The position numbers were made by a program, and so were the translations under genes. From positions 18,228,001-18,292,000 of the forward strand of contig CP158635.1 in assembly GCA_050273025.1 (NCBI GenBank): 64,000 bases of DNA, written 5' to 3'. This document shows positions 52,901 through 64,000 of this stretch, one piece after another (within the stretch, counting starts at the first letter, position 1; each line of letters begins with the position of its first letter). The notes beneath the pieces are model-generated. The model did no database searches and was not told the origin of the DNA. It saw only the letters and a list, made by a program, of their open reading frames with translations. This stretch comes from Cenococcum geophilum (taxonomy: Eukaryota).

Positions 52901-55900
52901 AGAATATACTTCACTTCTTAATTTTTGTATATATCCGCTTATAAATCTCCTAGCTATACTTTTAGAATTCCTTATACCTAAAAGCTTTTTAGTGACTTAT
53001 AAACCTTATTTAGTTTTTTTAGGTTACTATAATTTTTAGATAATTATATCTAATTAATCCGTCTGTATCTTTTTATAGTAAAGCCCCTAATGGCTTTTTA
53101 TTATTCTATAGTTTAGCTTTTTAACTTAATATATCGGCTTATATATTATCTATTTCCTTAGTATACTAGATCTTAAAATAGTATTCTATAAGTATCTCTA
53201 CCCATTTAACCTATCTTTAGTTAAGTTCCTTTATTATTAGGAATTATATTAGGTTCTTATAATCTATCTTAACTATAAATAGTTTCTTTATACCTTATAA
53301 GAATGCTCTCTATTTCTTTAGTACTATAACTATACCTAACAACTCCTTATTATAGATATTATAGTTTAACTTTAGTAGTATTATTTTCCGACTATAGTAT
53401 GCTACTAGGTGCTATCTATCTTAGTATTTCTATATAAAGTATGCCCCTAATATAAAGTCTAATATATCCGTTTCTATAACTGTCTTTAGTTCTAGTTAAT
53501 AGATCTTAAGAACTAGTTCTTAAGTAAATAACTCTTTAACCTTTTTAAACAATTCTTACTATTCCTTTCCCTATGCCTATAGTTCTTCTTTCTTTATTAA
53601 TCGCGTAAATAGTTTAATATCCTTTAACTACTACGCTATAAACCTTCTATAGTAATTATAAAACCCTAAAAACAATCTTAACTATATAACGTTTTCTAGT
53701 TCTTACTAATTTACTATAGCCTTAATCTTCTTTAGATCTATACTAAGTTGGTTTAGTTTAATAATAAATCTAATAAAATTGGTCTTTCTAGTAAAGAACT
53801 TATATTTCTTAATTGCTACTAGTATCTGTTCTTCCTATAGTCTTTTTAAAACCCATTTAATGTATTCTCCGTGCTCTTTCTTAGTTATTAAGTAGATAAT
53901 AATATCGTTAAGATATACTATAATAAATTTATCTAAGTGTTCTCCTAATACGTTGTTAATACGCTTTTAGAATGTTACTAGTGCGTTTATAAGCCCAAAT
54001 TATATAACTAATGGTTTATATAGTCCTTTCTTTAACCTAAAGGCTGCCTTCTATTTAATGCCTTCCTTAATTCTAATCTAATGGTATGCCTATCTTAGAT
54101 CTATCTTTATAAAGATTTATACATTACCTATCCTATCTTAAATTTCGCTAATTAAGGGTAAAGGATACCTATCCTTTCTAGTAATGCTGTTTAACTATCT
54201 ATAGTTAATACACAGCCTTAGTTTACTATTTTTCTTTAGTATAAATAGTACTGGATAACCCGCTAATAATTATAATAGTCTAATATATCCCTTTTATAAG
54301 TTTTCTTAGACAAACTCTTTTAGTACTCTACCTTCTTCTTTAGTAAGCTTATAGATTAGAAAGAACCTTAGACTTATTTCTGGTTTTAATTCTATTTTAT
54401 AGTCCTATACTATATACTTTAACAGCTTTTTACTTTTTAGCGACCATAGTTTCTTACTATACTTATAGTATCTCTTTAGTACGTAACTTAGTCCTTTTTC
54501 TATTTCTTTATAGGTTGCCCCTACTTAATACTATACTATCTTAGCTTATTATTACATCTTACGGCGTTAAGTATCTCTAATATTAACCTAACCTATAATC
54601 TAATTAATCTTTAGATTATATTTCTATAACTAAGGTATTCCTAATACTGCATCATCCCGTCCTAACGGTAGGATATTAAAAGATATCTTAATTCGTCTCC
54701 CTTTAATAGTTATTTAAATAGGTCCTATTTTAAGATTAATAATCCCTCCTCCATAGGCTATTAGATCTCCTAAAATTATAACTAATAGGTAAGGTTACTC
54801 CTTCTGTCTATAAGGTAATTCCATTCTCTTAACTACTATTAATAAGATATAGTTTTGCGTTGCTCCACTATCTATTAACGCCTTAAACTGCTAATCTTGC
54901 CACTTAACTTATAAATTTAGGTGTTATCCTTAAATTCCTTTAAGGGTCTAAGGCTCTACTACTAGCTCCCTCTAGTTTTATAGGCCTCTACTTTTCCTAA
55001 CTATTAGCTGCTTAATCTTTATGCGCTTAGCTTATTCTTCGGCTAATATTTAGTCCGCTTTTTGTCTTCTATATACTATAGACACATATTCTCTAGGCAT
55101 TCCCACCACTATTATCTATTTAAGCATTCTTCTATAAGGAATCTTCTTAGTTAAAGTATTAAGTCCCCTAACTCTTAAACTTCTATTAAATGCTAGCTGT
55201 GTATATACTTAGCATTCCTATACTATTGCTTATCTAGCGCCTAATATATCCTTATAGGGTATTTCTAATTCTTTTCTTTTAGATTCTTATACATTTTTTA
55301 TATATTGTCTATATATGCAATCCATAATAGCGTATAGTATACTAGGTACTTTAGGTTAACTCTTAACTTATCTTTATCTTTAAGTTTAAACCTTTATTAT
55401 ACTAATCTAAATGTTATAACTTTATTCGCGGGTACTAAAATACGTCTCTTACTTCTCTAGTCCTCTAATTGTTCCTTTAGATCCTTTAATATTATAATTA
55501 AGGCTCCTTTAATATAAGTCATAGCCTTCTTTATAATTGGGTGGTCCTAGATAACTTTTTCGTCTAACTATATATAGAAATCTTCCTACTTGTTATTGTA
55601 TCGTTGCCTATACCACTTTTAGTATAGCTGTTAGAGTATATACGGCTTGTCCGTAAGGAAGTATCTTCTTATTACTATATTATAACAGCCCTTTATATAT
55701 CATTCTTTAAACCTAGTAGGAATCCCTAAATCCTTTTTATTTTCTAGTTTAGTAAGCTACTTAGCTCTTAATATACCTACCTTAGGCCTATTAGTAATTC
55801 TTTATACTAGTACTTTATCCCTTATATATCCTAATATACTAGACCTCTTATCTAGTTTCTATTCTTACTATACAATAATTCTTTATCTAAGTTCTTCTAT

Positions 55901-56862
55901 AGTTTCTTTTAGTTTGCGTCTTATAGATAGATCCTTAAAGTCTTTTTACTTCTTAATCTTAGTATTAACGTTTTAATCTTTAGGCTAAACGTTTTATTCC
56001 CTTAGTAAGTCTTCTAGGTCTATATATCTGTCTCCTAGTCTAACTACTATCTAAATTACAAATTCTCTATTTTGTGAAGAAGCCTCTTACCTCTTATCTA
56101 TAGGTGCTTTTATTTATACTCCGAATTCTTAACCCCTTAAATTCTTTAATCCTAAGCTTGCTTCTTTCTTAAGCTTTACCCTAGCCTTAGTTTAACTAGG
56201 CTTTATTAGTGTTCTTATTTTATCTTAAGAGTCTTAAATCTCACTTATCTTATCTTAAGAATCTTATACCTTTAGGAAACTTTATCCTAAGCTTATTTAT
56301 ATTTTACTAAACTAAGCCGTTACTCTACTCTATTAGTTATTATCTATTATAGGTCCTTAAGCTTACCTTATCTTATCTTAAGAATCTTAGTTATTTTATA
56401 TCTTATCTTAAAAATCTTAAGCTTTTGGTTTTTTACCTTTATTAAGTGCCAAAGTGGCTCGCTATCCTACTTCTCTTGCGTCTTATAAAGCGATAGATAT
56501 CGTATCTAGTGGGGTCTTAATCCCTACTAATGTTCCCTATTCTATAGTGGAATTATCCTCTACCTCTTATATAATATCTCCAAGGTCTACATACTTCTAG
56601 TAAGCTGCCTTTATTGCCCTATTATTACGGAATACTTCGCCTTTATTAAATTTATTATCCTTAATATCCGATCTATAAGCTAGTTTATTAATTCCTCTAT
56701 ATCTTATAGGTTATAGCTCTTATAGCTAATAGCTTACGCTATACTTAGCGTCCTTAAAAATTTAGTATACGTTATTATAACAAAACGCGAAACTTTTAAT
56801 TAAACATTCTTTTGTTCCTCGCAGTATATTATCATCCCTCTATATATATATATCGTCTACCA

Positions 56863-59333
56863 CATTAGGAAAATGTTTATACCTCCTAACAGTACTGACA
56901 GGTTCCTAACAGCTCCTGTTAGGGCTGTTAGGAGCTCTAGGAGACACTTACACTCGGCTTCCTATTAGGAGGTTGCTCGGACCGCCCGGACCACTAGGAC
57001 CTCTAGGACCTCTAGGACCTCCAGGACCATTAGGACTATTAGGACCATTAGGACAATTAGGACAATTAGGACAATAATTAAATTTTAAATTTTAAAAATA
57101 AGGTATATTAATGCTCTAGTATTTATAGCTAGCTAATAAGTATAAAAACCAGTTTAATTTTAGGCGTTATTCTATATATAAGGAATCTAAATAGTCCAAA
57201 TCAATCCTTCCTGCCTACTACCTGTGTCTGTGTCTGTGTCTGTTATAGGAGCCCTACGTCGTTTTAAGGGGACGATCGCTCGGGCGTTAAGCGATCGATT
57301 AAGGGGGAAGCCTTCGTAGAGGCTCCAAATCGTCAATTAGCGGTATTCCCGATGATCCGCCGGTTGTGTACTGATTTCCTAACTAGGCCTAGTGCCTGCC
57401 TACCTACCTGCCTGCCTGCTTGCTTGCCTGCCTACCTACCTACCTACCTACCTACCTACCTACCTACCTACCTACCTACCTACTTACCTACCTACCTATC
57501 TACCTACCTACCTACCTGCCTACCTGCCTACCTGCCTACCTACCTGCCTATACCTATCTATGCCTACCTGTCTATACCTACCTGTCTATGCCTACCTATC
57601 TGTGCCTACCTGTCTATACCTACCTGTTGTGCCTACTTGTCTATACCTACCTGTCTATATCTGTTATTTAGGGGAGAAATCGGCCCGATTAAAGGCTCTG
57701 CTTAATTTAATTGTAATTAATTATATTAATTTAAATCGTTCTCTATAGGCGTTTGCTGGCTATATATTTAAATAATAGTTATCTAGGGTGCCTCTCTAAG
57801 AGGCCCTAATTTGATTTAATTCGGTAATAGGGTAATATTAAGGCTCTAGTTCGATTCAATCGATTAATTGAATTAATTATGGTGTTCGCTAGCTGGTTGT
57901 TTAAACAATTATTATCTGGCGACAGCGACGGTTGTATAGTTCTGGCGACGGTCCTCTCCTACCTACCTATCTACCTACCTATCTGCCTACTTGCTTACTT
58001 GCCTATATTAGTATCTAATTCAATTTAGGGGAGGGGTTGGCCCGATTAAAGGCTCTAATTGATTTAGATTGTTCTCTACGGCTATTCGCTAGCTGTATAT
58101 TCAAACGGTAGTTGTCTAGGGTGCCTCCCTAGGAGGCCTTAGTTTGATTTAGTAATAGGCTAATATTAAAGCTCTGGTTTAATTCAATTAATTAATTAAT
58201 TAAATCGTTTATAGTATTCGCTGGCTAGTTATTTTAAAAGGTTGTTATCTAGTTTTAGTAACGGTCGTATGGTTCTGGTAATAGTTGTCTGGTTTTAGTA
58301 ACGGTCGTCTAGTTTTAGTAATAGTTGTCTAGTTTTAGTAACGGTCGTCTAGTTCTAGTAACGGTTGTCTAGTTCTAGTAACGGTTGTCTGGCTTTAGGA
58401 CGGTTATCTAGTTCTAGTAATAGTCGTCTAGTTCTGGCGACGGTTATATGGTTCTAGCGACGGACGTTTAGTTTTAGTGACGGTCCTTTACTAGCTGCCG
58501 TTCTAGTACCTCCTAAGGTAGGGAAGATGTAAGGAAGGGTAAAAAATAAGGTAGCTATAAAGGGGGTAGCTTGGCAGAGGTATATATAGGGCTATCAGGA
58601 ATATAGCAGGGACCTAATAGTAATGTGTGTTATACGGAGCTTTGTGTAGAGCCTCTGTACGTAGAGCTTCGCGTAGAGCCTCGTGTAGAGCTTCGTGTAG
58701 AGCCTCTATACGCAAAGTTTCGCGTAAAGCCTCGTGTAGAGCCTTATATAGAGCCTTTATGCATAAAGCTTTATATAGAGCTTTATATAGAGCCTTATGC
58801 AAAGCTTTGTACAAAGCTTTGTATAAAGCTTTATATAAGCTTTGTATAGAGCTTTGTATAAGTTTCGTATAGAGCTTTATATAGAGTTTTGTATAGAGCT
58901 TTATGCAGAGCTTTATGCAGAGCTTTATATATATAGAGCCTCGTATAAAGCCCTAATAGTATTACTTAAGGGGTGTATATAGGGTGTTGCTTTAGGGGGT
59001 ATCCTACTAGGAACCTGACAGGATGATTAGGAAATACTAGTTTCCTATTAGGAGCCTATTAGGACAATTAGGAAATATTAGTTTCCTATTAGGAGCGCAT
59101 TAGAATAGTAGGGTCCTATTAAGAGCCTATTAGGACGACTAGGACGTTTAAAACGTTTAGGACGTTTAGGATATTAGGATGTTTAAGACGTCTAGGACGT
59201 CCAGGACGATTAGGAAAATTAAAATCCTGCTAGGAGCCTGTTAGGAGCCTATTAGGACGATTAGGACCTCCAGGAAAATCAAAATCCTGTCAGGAGGCCT
59301 CTAGGATCTTGGCACCCCAATAAAATACTAATG
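56863..59333. mobile_element. Non-autonomous DNA element X (2471 bp), CACTA/CMC-like: cattag...ctaatg termini, 2-bp TSD, 9-bp subterminal arrays, microsatellite core
   Basis: Interrupts Gypsy gag-pol and is absent from copy 1. TSD ca at 56861-56862 and 59334-59335; taggacNNN arrays near both ends; internal (cctac/cctg)n, 20-bp and 12-bp arrays. Confidence 0.85.
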
Positions 59334-60027
59334 CAGTAATCTTGTTCCTTTTACTACGTAGTAACTCTAACTACTTCTATAGTTTTTAACGTAATAACCC
59401 TATTTTCCGCAATTTATATAAGCTCCTTCCCTAAACCATTTTTCTTGTTATAAAGTCCGCCTAAATGTCTTTTGCTACTAAGATCCCTAGTTTAGCCTCT
59501 GCTCCTTAGGTCTTTAATTACTTAATCCTTACCCTTTAGGTTTCTATAATTTCTTATTCTATTTTCTAAATTCTTTAGTACCGCTTAGGTCCATTAGCTC
59601 TGCGCTATACTATAGTTTTTAACTTAGCTTTAGTTATTGTATACTCTATGCCTTATATAACTGTAGAACTCTATCTTAGCCCCTTTTAGCCTATTCCCTT
59701 TAGTAGATCTAATTATTAATCTTAATTACTTAATCTATTAATTCCCTTAGGGTGTCCGCATCTTCTATTAGAATAATTACGTCCTAGACTTTAGCCTTAA
59801 GTCCCTGTTTATACTATGCTATAAGCGCCTTATTATTCTACTTAACTTATATAGCTAGCGTTTAGAACTGCGTTATATACTTAATTACTAAAGTTTATTA
59901 CGTAATATTTTAGAGTTTTCTTTCCGCTATAGTTACCGCCTCCAGATCTCCAAATATCTATATAAGTTACTTTATAAACCCTTCCTAGCTTATAAATATA
60001 AATTATACTTCTTAATTAGTAGTTATT

Positions 60028-61051
60028 AGTAGTAATTCTTTGATTAACGTCTGATACGGATCCTACTGGCCCACGCAGACTACTCCGTTACAGGGGGGAA
60101 AACTTGTGTATTTACAGGAAGAAAACCCCTGCAGTTGTTGGGGGAGGAAAAACCCTATGAGCAGCCTTAGTAGGATGAAAAACCCCGATTTGCTATGCTT
60201 GCACGTAGCAGCGGCCCTACGGGCCTACTGCACGTCCTCCTCCTTAGATGTTTTGAACTCCTTGGGAACCACTGCTTTCTTCTCCAGCTTATCTAAAGCT
60301 AGGGTTCACTACGTCCTAGCTAGGCCTTGCCGATCGATTGCCGTGTACTTATACTTATCTCTCCCATATCTTGACTATCTTGTCCGTCCCCTATATGCTA
60401 TCTCTTGTTGACTATTACCATATACGCCTTGCCTCCCCCCCCCTAGAGCCATTGAAGGCGTAAGGGGGATTCATCCATTCTAACTACCGTAATACTGATA
60501 AGCGAGCGGGATATATTATTGGGTATCTTTTACGCCTAGGCCCCAGCTAGGCCCTTTCTAAGGGTCACCACTCCGTTGAAAGAAGATAGGGAAAACCGTG
60601 GGTTGCAATCCAGGCTGCTAGGTAGTATTTGGTAGTTGACGGCGAGTGACCGCATGCTCCGCGGGCGATTGCCCTGGGGGTTAGGAGGGGCCGTATATTT
60701 GCTCGTTCGTTCGTTCGCTCGCGATCGCTCGTTCGTTGATGTGAGGTCGTCGATGCTTTTAATTGAGGGTTTTAGGGGACATTGGATTCCATCTTGTATC
60801 CGCGAGGATCACACAGGGTTAAATAGGGGTGTAGCAGTTGTCTACTATGAAGGGGGTTACCGTTAGTAGTGGTTTTCGAGATCTCACCATCCCATGTGAA
60901 AACTTTTCACTACCCCCCACAACATTTCAACCACCACCACGACCTCCTACCCGCAGCTGTGCGACGTCTCTGCGTTGGCTCTGCTGAGTCCGAAGACCAG
61001 CAGGTTCGTAGGCCTTACCACGTATAGGTGCAGAGTCCGATTTCGAGGACC
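60028..61051 (-). mobile_element. Non-autonomous non-LTR retroposon (SINE/SIDE-like, 1024 bp)
   Basis: 11-bp TSD tagtagttatt at 60017-60027 and 61052-61062. The minus-strand 3' end ...aatcaaagaattactact resembles (TAC)n tails of fungal Tad1-type LINEs. No RT ORF; absent from Gypsy copy 1. Confidence 0.9.
60968..61051 (-). ncRNA. HDV-like self-cleaving ribozyme (predicted)
   Basis: P1 ggtcctc/aaggcct with G1.U wobble; P2 ctctgc/gcagag; P3 acc/ggt; L3 tatacgt; J1/4 ac; P4 ctgctggtc-ttcg-gactcagcag; J4/2 gccaa. It is 84 nt long and starts exactly at the TSD boundary. Confidence 0.8.
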
Positions 61052-61672
61052 TAGTAGTTATTATTCTATTTACTTATATTTTTATAAGGTAAAATTTAAA
61101 CTATTTAAGTGCCCTTTCTAATAGGAATAGTCCTGTATATACTATTTAATCTATAGGTATTAGTAGCTTTACTCCTTCTTACGTTACCTTAAAGTGCATT
61201 TATATAAGGAATTCTTTAAGCTTTAATCTTTCTCCTAAGTACCTTTCGATTAATAGTAGCTTAATCTTTACTACTCCTATCCCGTTAATCCTATTTTCTA
61301 ATATTATATTATTTTCTGTTAGCTAGTTAACTATCTCTTACAGTTATTCAACCGTTATAGGTTGCTATAAGTCAGTGTCTACTATACTAGTGTTATTACC
61401 TAACCTTAAAGTAGTTACCGCCGTCAATAGCGTTATAGTAGCTACTTTTAGTAGTATATTATTTAACCTTCTATATTTAATACCGTAACTAGGTAGTAAT
61501 TATATAACGGAACCTTATAGTAAGTACTACGATAGGCTTGTTAATAGGCTAGGTATATAGGTAATATAAACTAAAGTTAACAATATAATAATAACTAGTG
61601 GAGTAATTACCTAACAGATTAACTCTAATTATATTCTAAGAATTACTACTAAGGAGAGAACTATCTAGGTAG

Positions 61673-64000
61673 TATTAGCATTTTATTAGGGTGCTAAGAT
61701 CCTAGAGGCCTCCTAATAGGATTTTGATTTTCCTAGAGGTCCTAATTGTCCTAATAGGCTCCTAACAGGCTCCTAGTAGGATTTTAATTTTCCTAATCAT
61801 CCTAGACGTCCTAGACGTCCTAAATGTCCTAATGTCCTAAACGTCCTAAACGTCCTAAACGTCCTAGTCGTCCTAATAGGCTCTTAATAGGACCCTACTA
61901 TCCTAATACGCTTTTAATAGGAAACTAATATTTCCTAATTATCCTAATAGGCTCTTAATAGGAAACTAGTATTTCCTAATCGTCCTATTAGGTTCCTAGT
62001 AGGATACCCCCTAAAGCAACACCCTATATATACCCCTTAAGCAACACTACTAGGGCTCTATACGAGGCTTTATATATATAAAGCTCTACACGAAGCTCTA
62101 TACAAAGCTCTACACGAAACTCTATATAAAGCTCTACACAAAATTTATACGAAGCTCTATACAAGGCTTTGTATAAAGCTTTGTATAAGGCTCTACACAA
62201 AGCTTTACACAAAGCTTTACGCATAAAGGCTCTGTATAAGGCTCTACACAAGGCTCTACGCAAAGCTTTATATACGGAGGCTCTATACAAAGCTCTACAC
62301 GAGGCTCTACGCGAAGCTCTGCGTACAAAGGCTCTATACGAAGCTCCGTATAATATATATTACTATTAGGTCCCCACTATATTCCTAATAGCCCTACACG
62401 TGCCTCTGTCAAGCTACCCCCTTTATAGCTACCTTATTTTTTACCCTTCCTTATATCCTCCCTACCTTAGGAGGTACTAGAACGGCAGCTAGTAGAGAAC
62501 CGTCGCTAGAACTAGACGTCTATTGCTAGAACTATATAACCGTCACTAGAACTAGATAACCGTTGCTAGAACTAGATAACCGTCCTAAAGCTAGACGACC
62601 GTTACTAGAACTAGATAACCGTTACTAGAACCAGACAACCGTTACTAAAACTAGACAACCGTTACCAGAACTAGATAATCGTTACTAAAACTAGACGACT
62701 ATTACCAGAACCATACGACCGTTACTAGAACTAGATAACGACCTTTTAAAATAACCAGCTAGCGAATACTATAAACGATTTAATTAATTAATCGATCGAA
62801 TTAAACCAGAGCTTTAATATTGGCCTATTACCGAATCGAACTAAGGCCTCCTAGGGAGGCACCCTAGACGACTACCGTTCGAATATACAGCTAATAAATG
62901 GCCGTAGAGAACAATCTAAATCAATTAGAGCCTTTAATCGGGCCGACCCCTCCCCTAAATTAAATTAGATACTAATATAGGCAGGTAGGTAGGCAGGCAG
63001 ATAGGTAGGTAAGTAGGTAGGTAGGAGAGGACCGTCGCTAGAACTATCCCTTAACCCGTCAACTTGGGCACGCAGGTTATCGATAAGAGTCCACCAATCA
63101 GATCGGTAGGATTCGGTAGCCGTGCTTAGGAATATACAATTCGGGGAGTGGCCAAGGCTTCTGGGGGGTTTTTTTCGCCGTCTTATTTGGGGGAATCTTA
63201 TACTGAGTCTTCTAAACAGGATCTACATCAATTCTAGCGTGATTAGAAGGCATGGTGGTGGTATATTTAATGGTTTAATTCTACGCGTTGTTCTGATTCT
63301 GGTGTTCGCGCACGGGCCTTCCACTCTGCTCGCCCTAACGGGTCAAGGGATACGACCGTCGCCGTCACCAGACAATAATCGTTTAAACGACTAGCTAGTA
63401 AACACCACGATTAATTTAATCGATTGATCGAATCGAACTAGAGCCTTAATATTACCCTATTACCGAATTAAATCGAATTAGGGCCTCTTGGAGAGGCACC
63501 CTAGATAACTATTATTTAAATATATAGCCAGCAAACGCCCATAGAGAACAATTTAAATTAATATAATTAATTATAATTAAATTAAGCAGAGCCTTTAATC
63601 GGGCCGACTTCTCCCCTAAATAATAGATATAAATAGGTAGGTATAGATAAGTAGGCATAACAGGTAGGCATAGATAGGTAGGCATAGACAGGTAGGCACA
63701 AACAGGTAAGTATAAATAGGTAGGCACAGATAGGTACAGGTAGGTAGGTAGGTAGGTAGGCAGGTAGGCAGGCAAGTAGGCAGGTAGGTAAGTAGGTAGG
63801 TAGGTAGGCAGGCAGGTAGGTAGGCAAGTAGGTAGGTAGGCAGGTAGGCAAGTAGGTAGGCAGGCAGGTAGGTAGGCAGGCACTAGGCCTAGTTAGGAAA
63901 TCAGTACACAACCGGCGGATTATCGGGAATACCGCCAATTAACGATTTGGAGCCTCTGCGAAGGCTTCCCCCTTAATTAATCGCTTAACGCCCGAGCGAT
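61673..64000. mobile_element. Second copy of element X in inverted orientation, inserted in the Gypsy 5' LTR; runs off the window
   Basis: Reverse complement of ~57276-59333 with RIP-type differences. It starts tattag (restores to cattag) right after LTR sequence ctatctaggtag. Confidence 0.9.
63048..63349. mobile_element. 302-bp MITE with CCC...GGG termini and apparent 2-bp TSD (AT)
   Basis: TIRs cccttaacccgt / acgggtcaaggg. It is absent at the equivalent site in X copy 1 (~57935, gaactatacaacc on the minus strand). Confidence 0.85.

Larger units (their letters stand above)
50473..61672 (-). mobile_element. Gypsy element family A, copy 2 (chromovirus): 3' LTR 50473-50780, chromodomain, IN, RH, RT, PR, gag from 61457, partial 5' LTR 61503-61672; carries two insertions
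   Basis: Colinear with copy 1 in reverse. Protease FKALIDSGATQN at ~54890-54855; chromodomain YEVKWIGYNKTT*EPLENL at ~51720-51665; LTRs match each other and 27267-27579. Confidence 0.93.

Noticed and set aside
57352..58872. ORF-track proteins (LPTY, KALY and VEL repeats), mirrored at 62024-63938
   Set aside because: They are open in several frames and on both strands because they lie in 4-bp and 12-bp tandem repeats of element X.
60106..60866. ORFs inside the retroposon
   Set aside because: They are antisense to the element, short, and lack RT or endonuclease motifs.
60960..61051. tRNA-derived SINE head or hammerhead ribozyme
   Set aside because: No convincing Pol III A/B boxes or cloverleaf, and no correctly arranged CUGAnGA...GAAA core. 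The HDV topology explains the pairing better.
27267..61672. One giant element bounded by inverted Gypsy copies
   Set aside because: The two copies differ by indels and in their LTR U3 regions beyond RIP changes, indicating independent insertions.
63048..63349. piggyBac element, and the 90-aa ORF at 63122-63394
   Set aside because: No TTAA TSD. The ORF crosses the element boundary and has no recognisable motifs.

Overview
Fungal (Pezizomycotina-type) heterochromatic transposon nest heavily mutated by repeat-induced point mutation (RIP): TpA excess, CpA/TpG depletion, and reading frames full of TAA/TAG stops that restore to Gln/Trp/Arg. I found no intact protein-coding gene; the supplied ORF-track entries appear to be repeat or antisense artefacts or short stop-free pieces of pseudogenes. 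From left to right: a Copia-like gag and LTR remnants; an ~18 kb block (1.8-20.1 kb) with a Plavaka-type transposase, a SNF2 helicase, an Hrr1/SAD-3-like helicase fragment and a DUF6532-like pseudogene; a Gypsy element interrupted by a pogo/Fot1 transposon; nested chromovirus 3' ends; two diverged, inverted copies of one Gypsy family (27.3-33.7 kb +, 50.5-61.7 kb -) flanking a block with a MULE-like remnant, an AAA-ATPase and a FunK1 kinase pseudogene; two palindromic Fot1 MITEs; a self-priming TRIM; and two copies of a 2.5 kb microsatellite-built element with a 2-bp TSD. The most striking feature is a 1024-bp non-coding retroposon (60028-61051, minus) with an 11-bp TSD and a (TAC)n tail, whose first 84 nt fold by eye as an HDV-like self-cleaving ribozyme. 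All protein calls come from manual translation with mental RIP reversal and motif recall, not database searches, and pseudogene boundaries are approximate.
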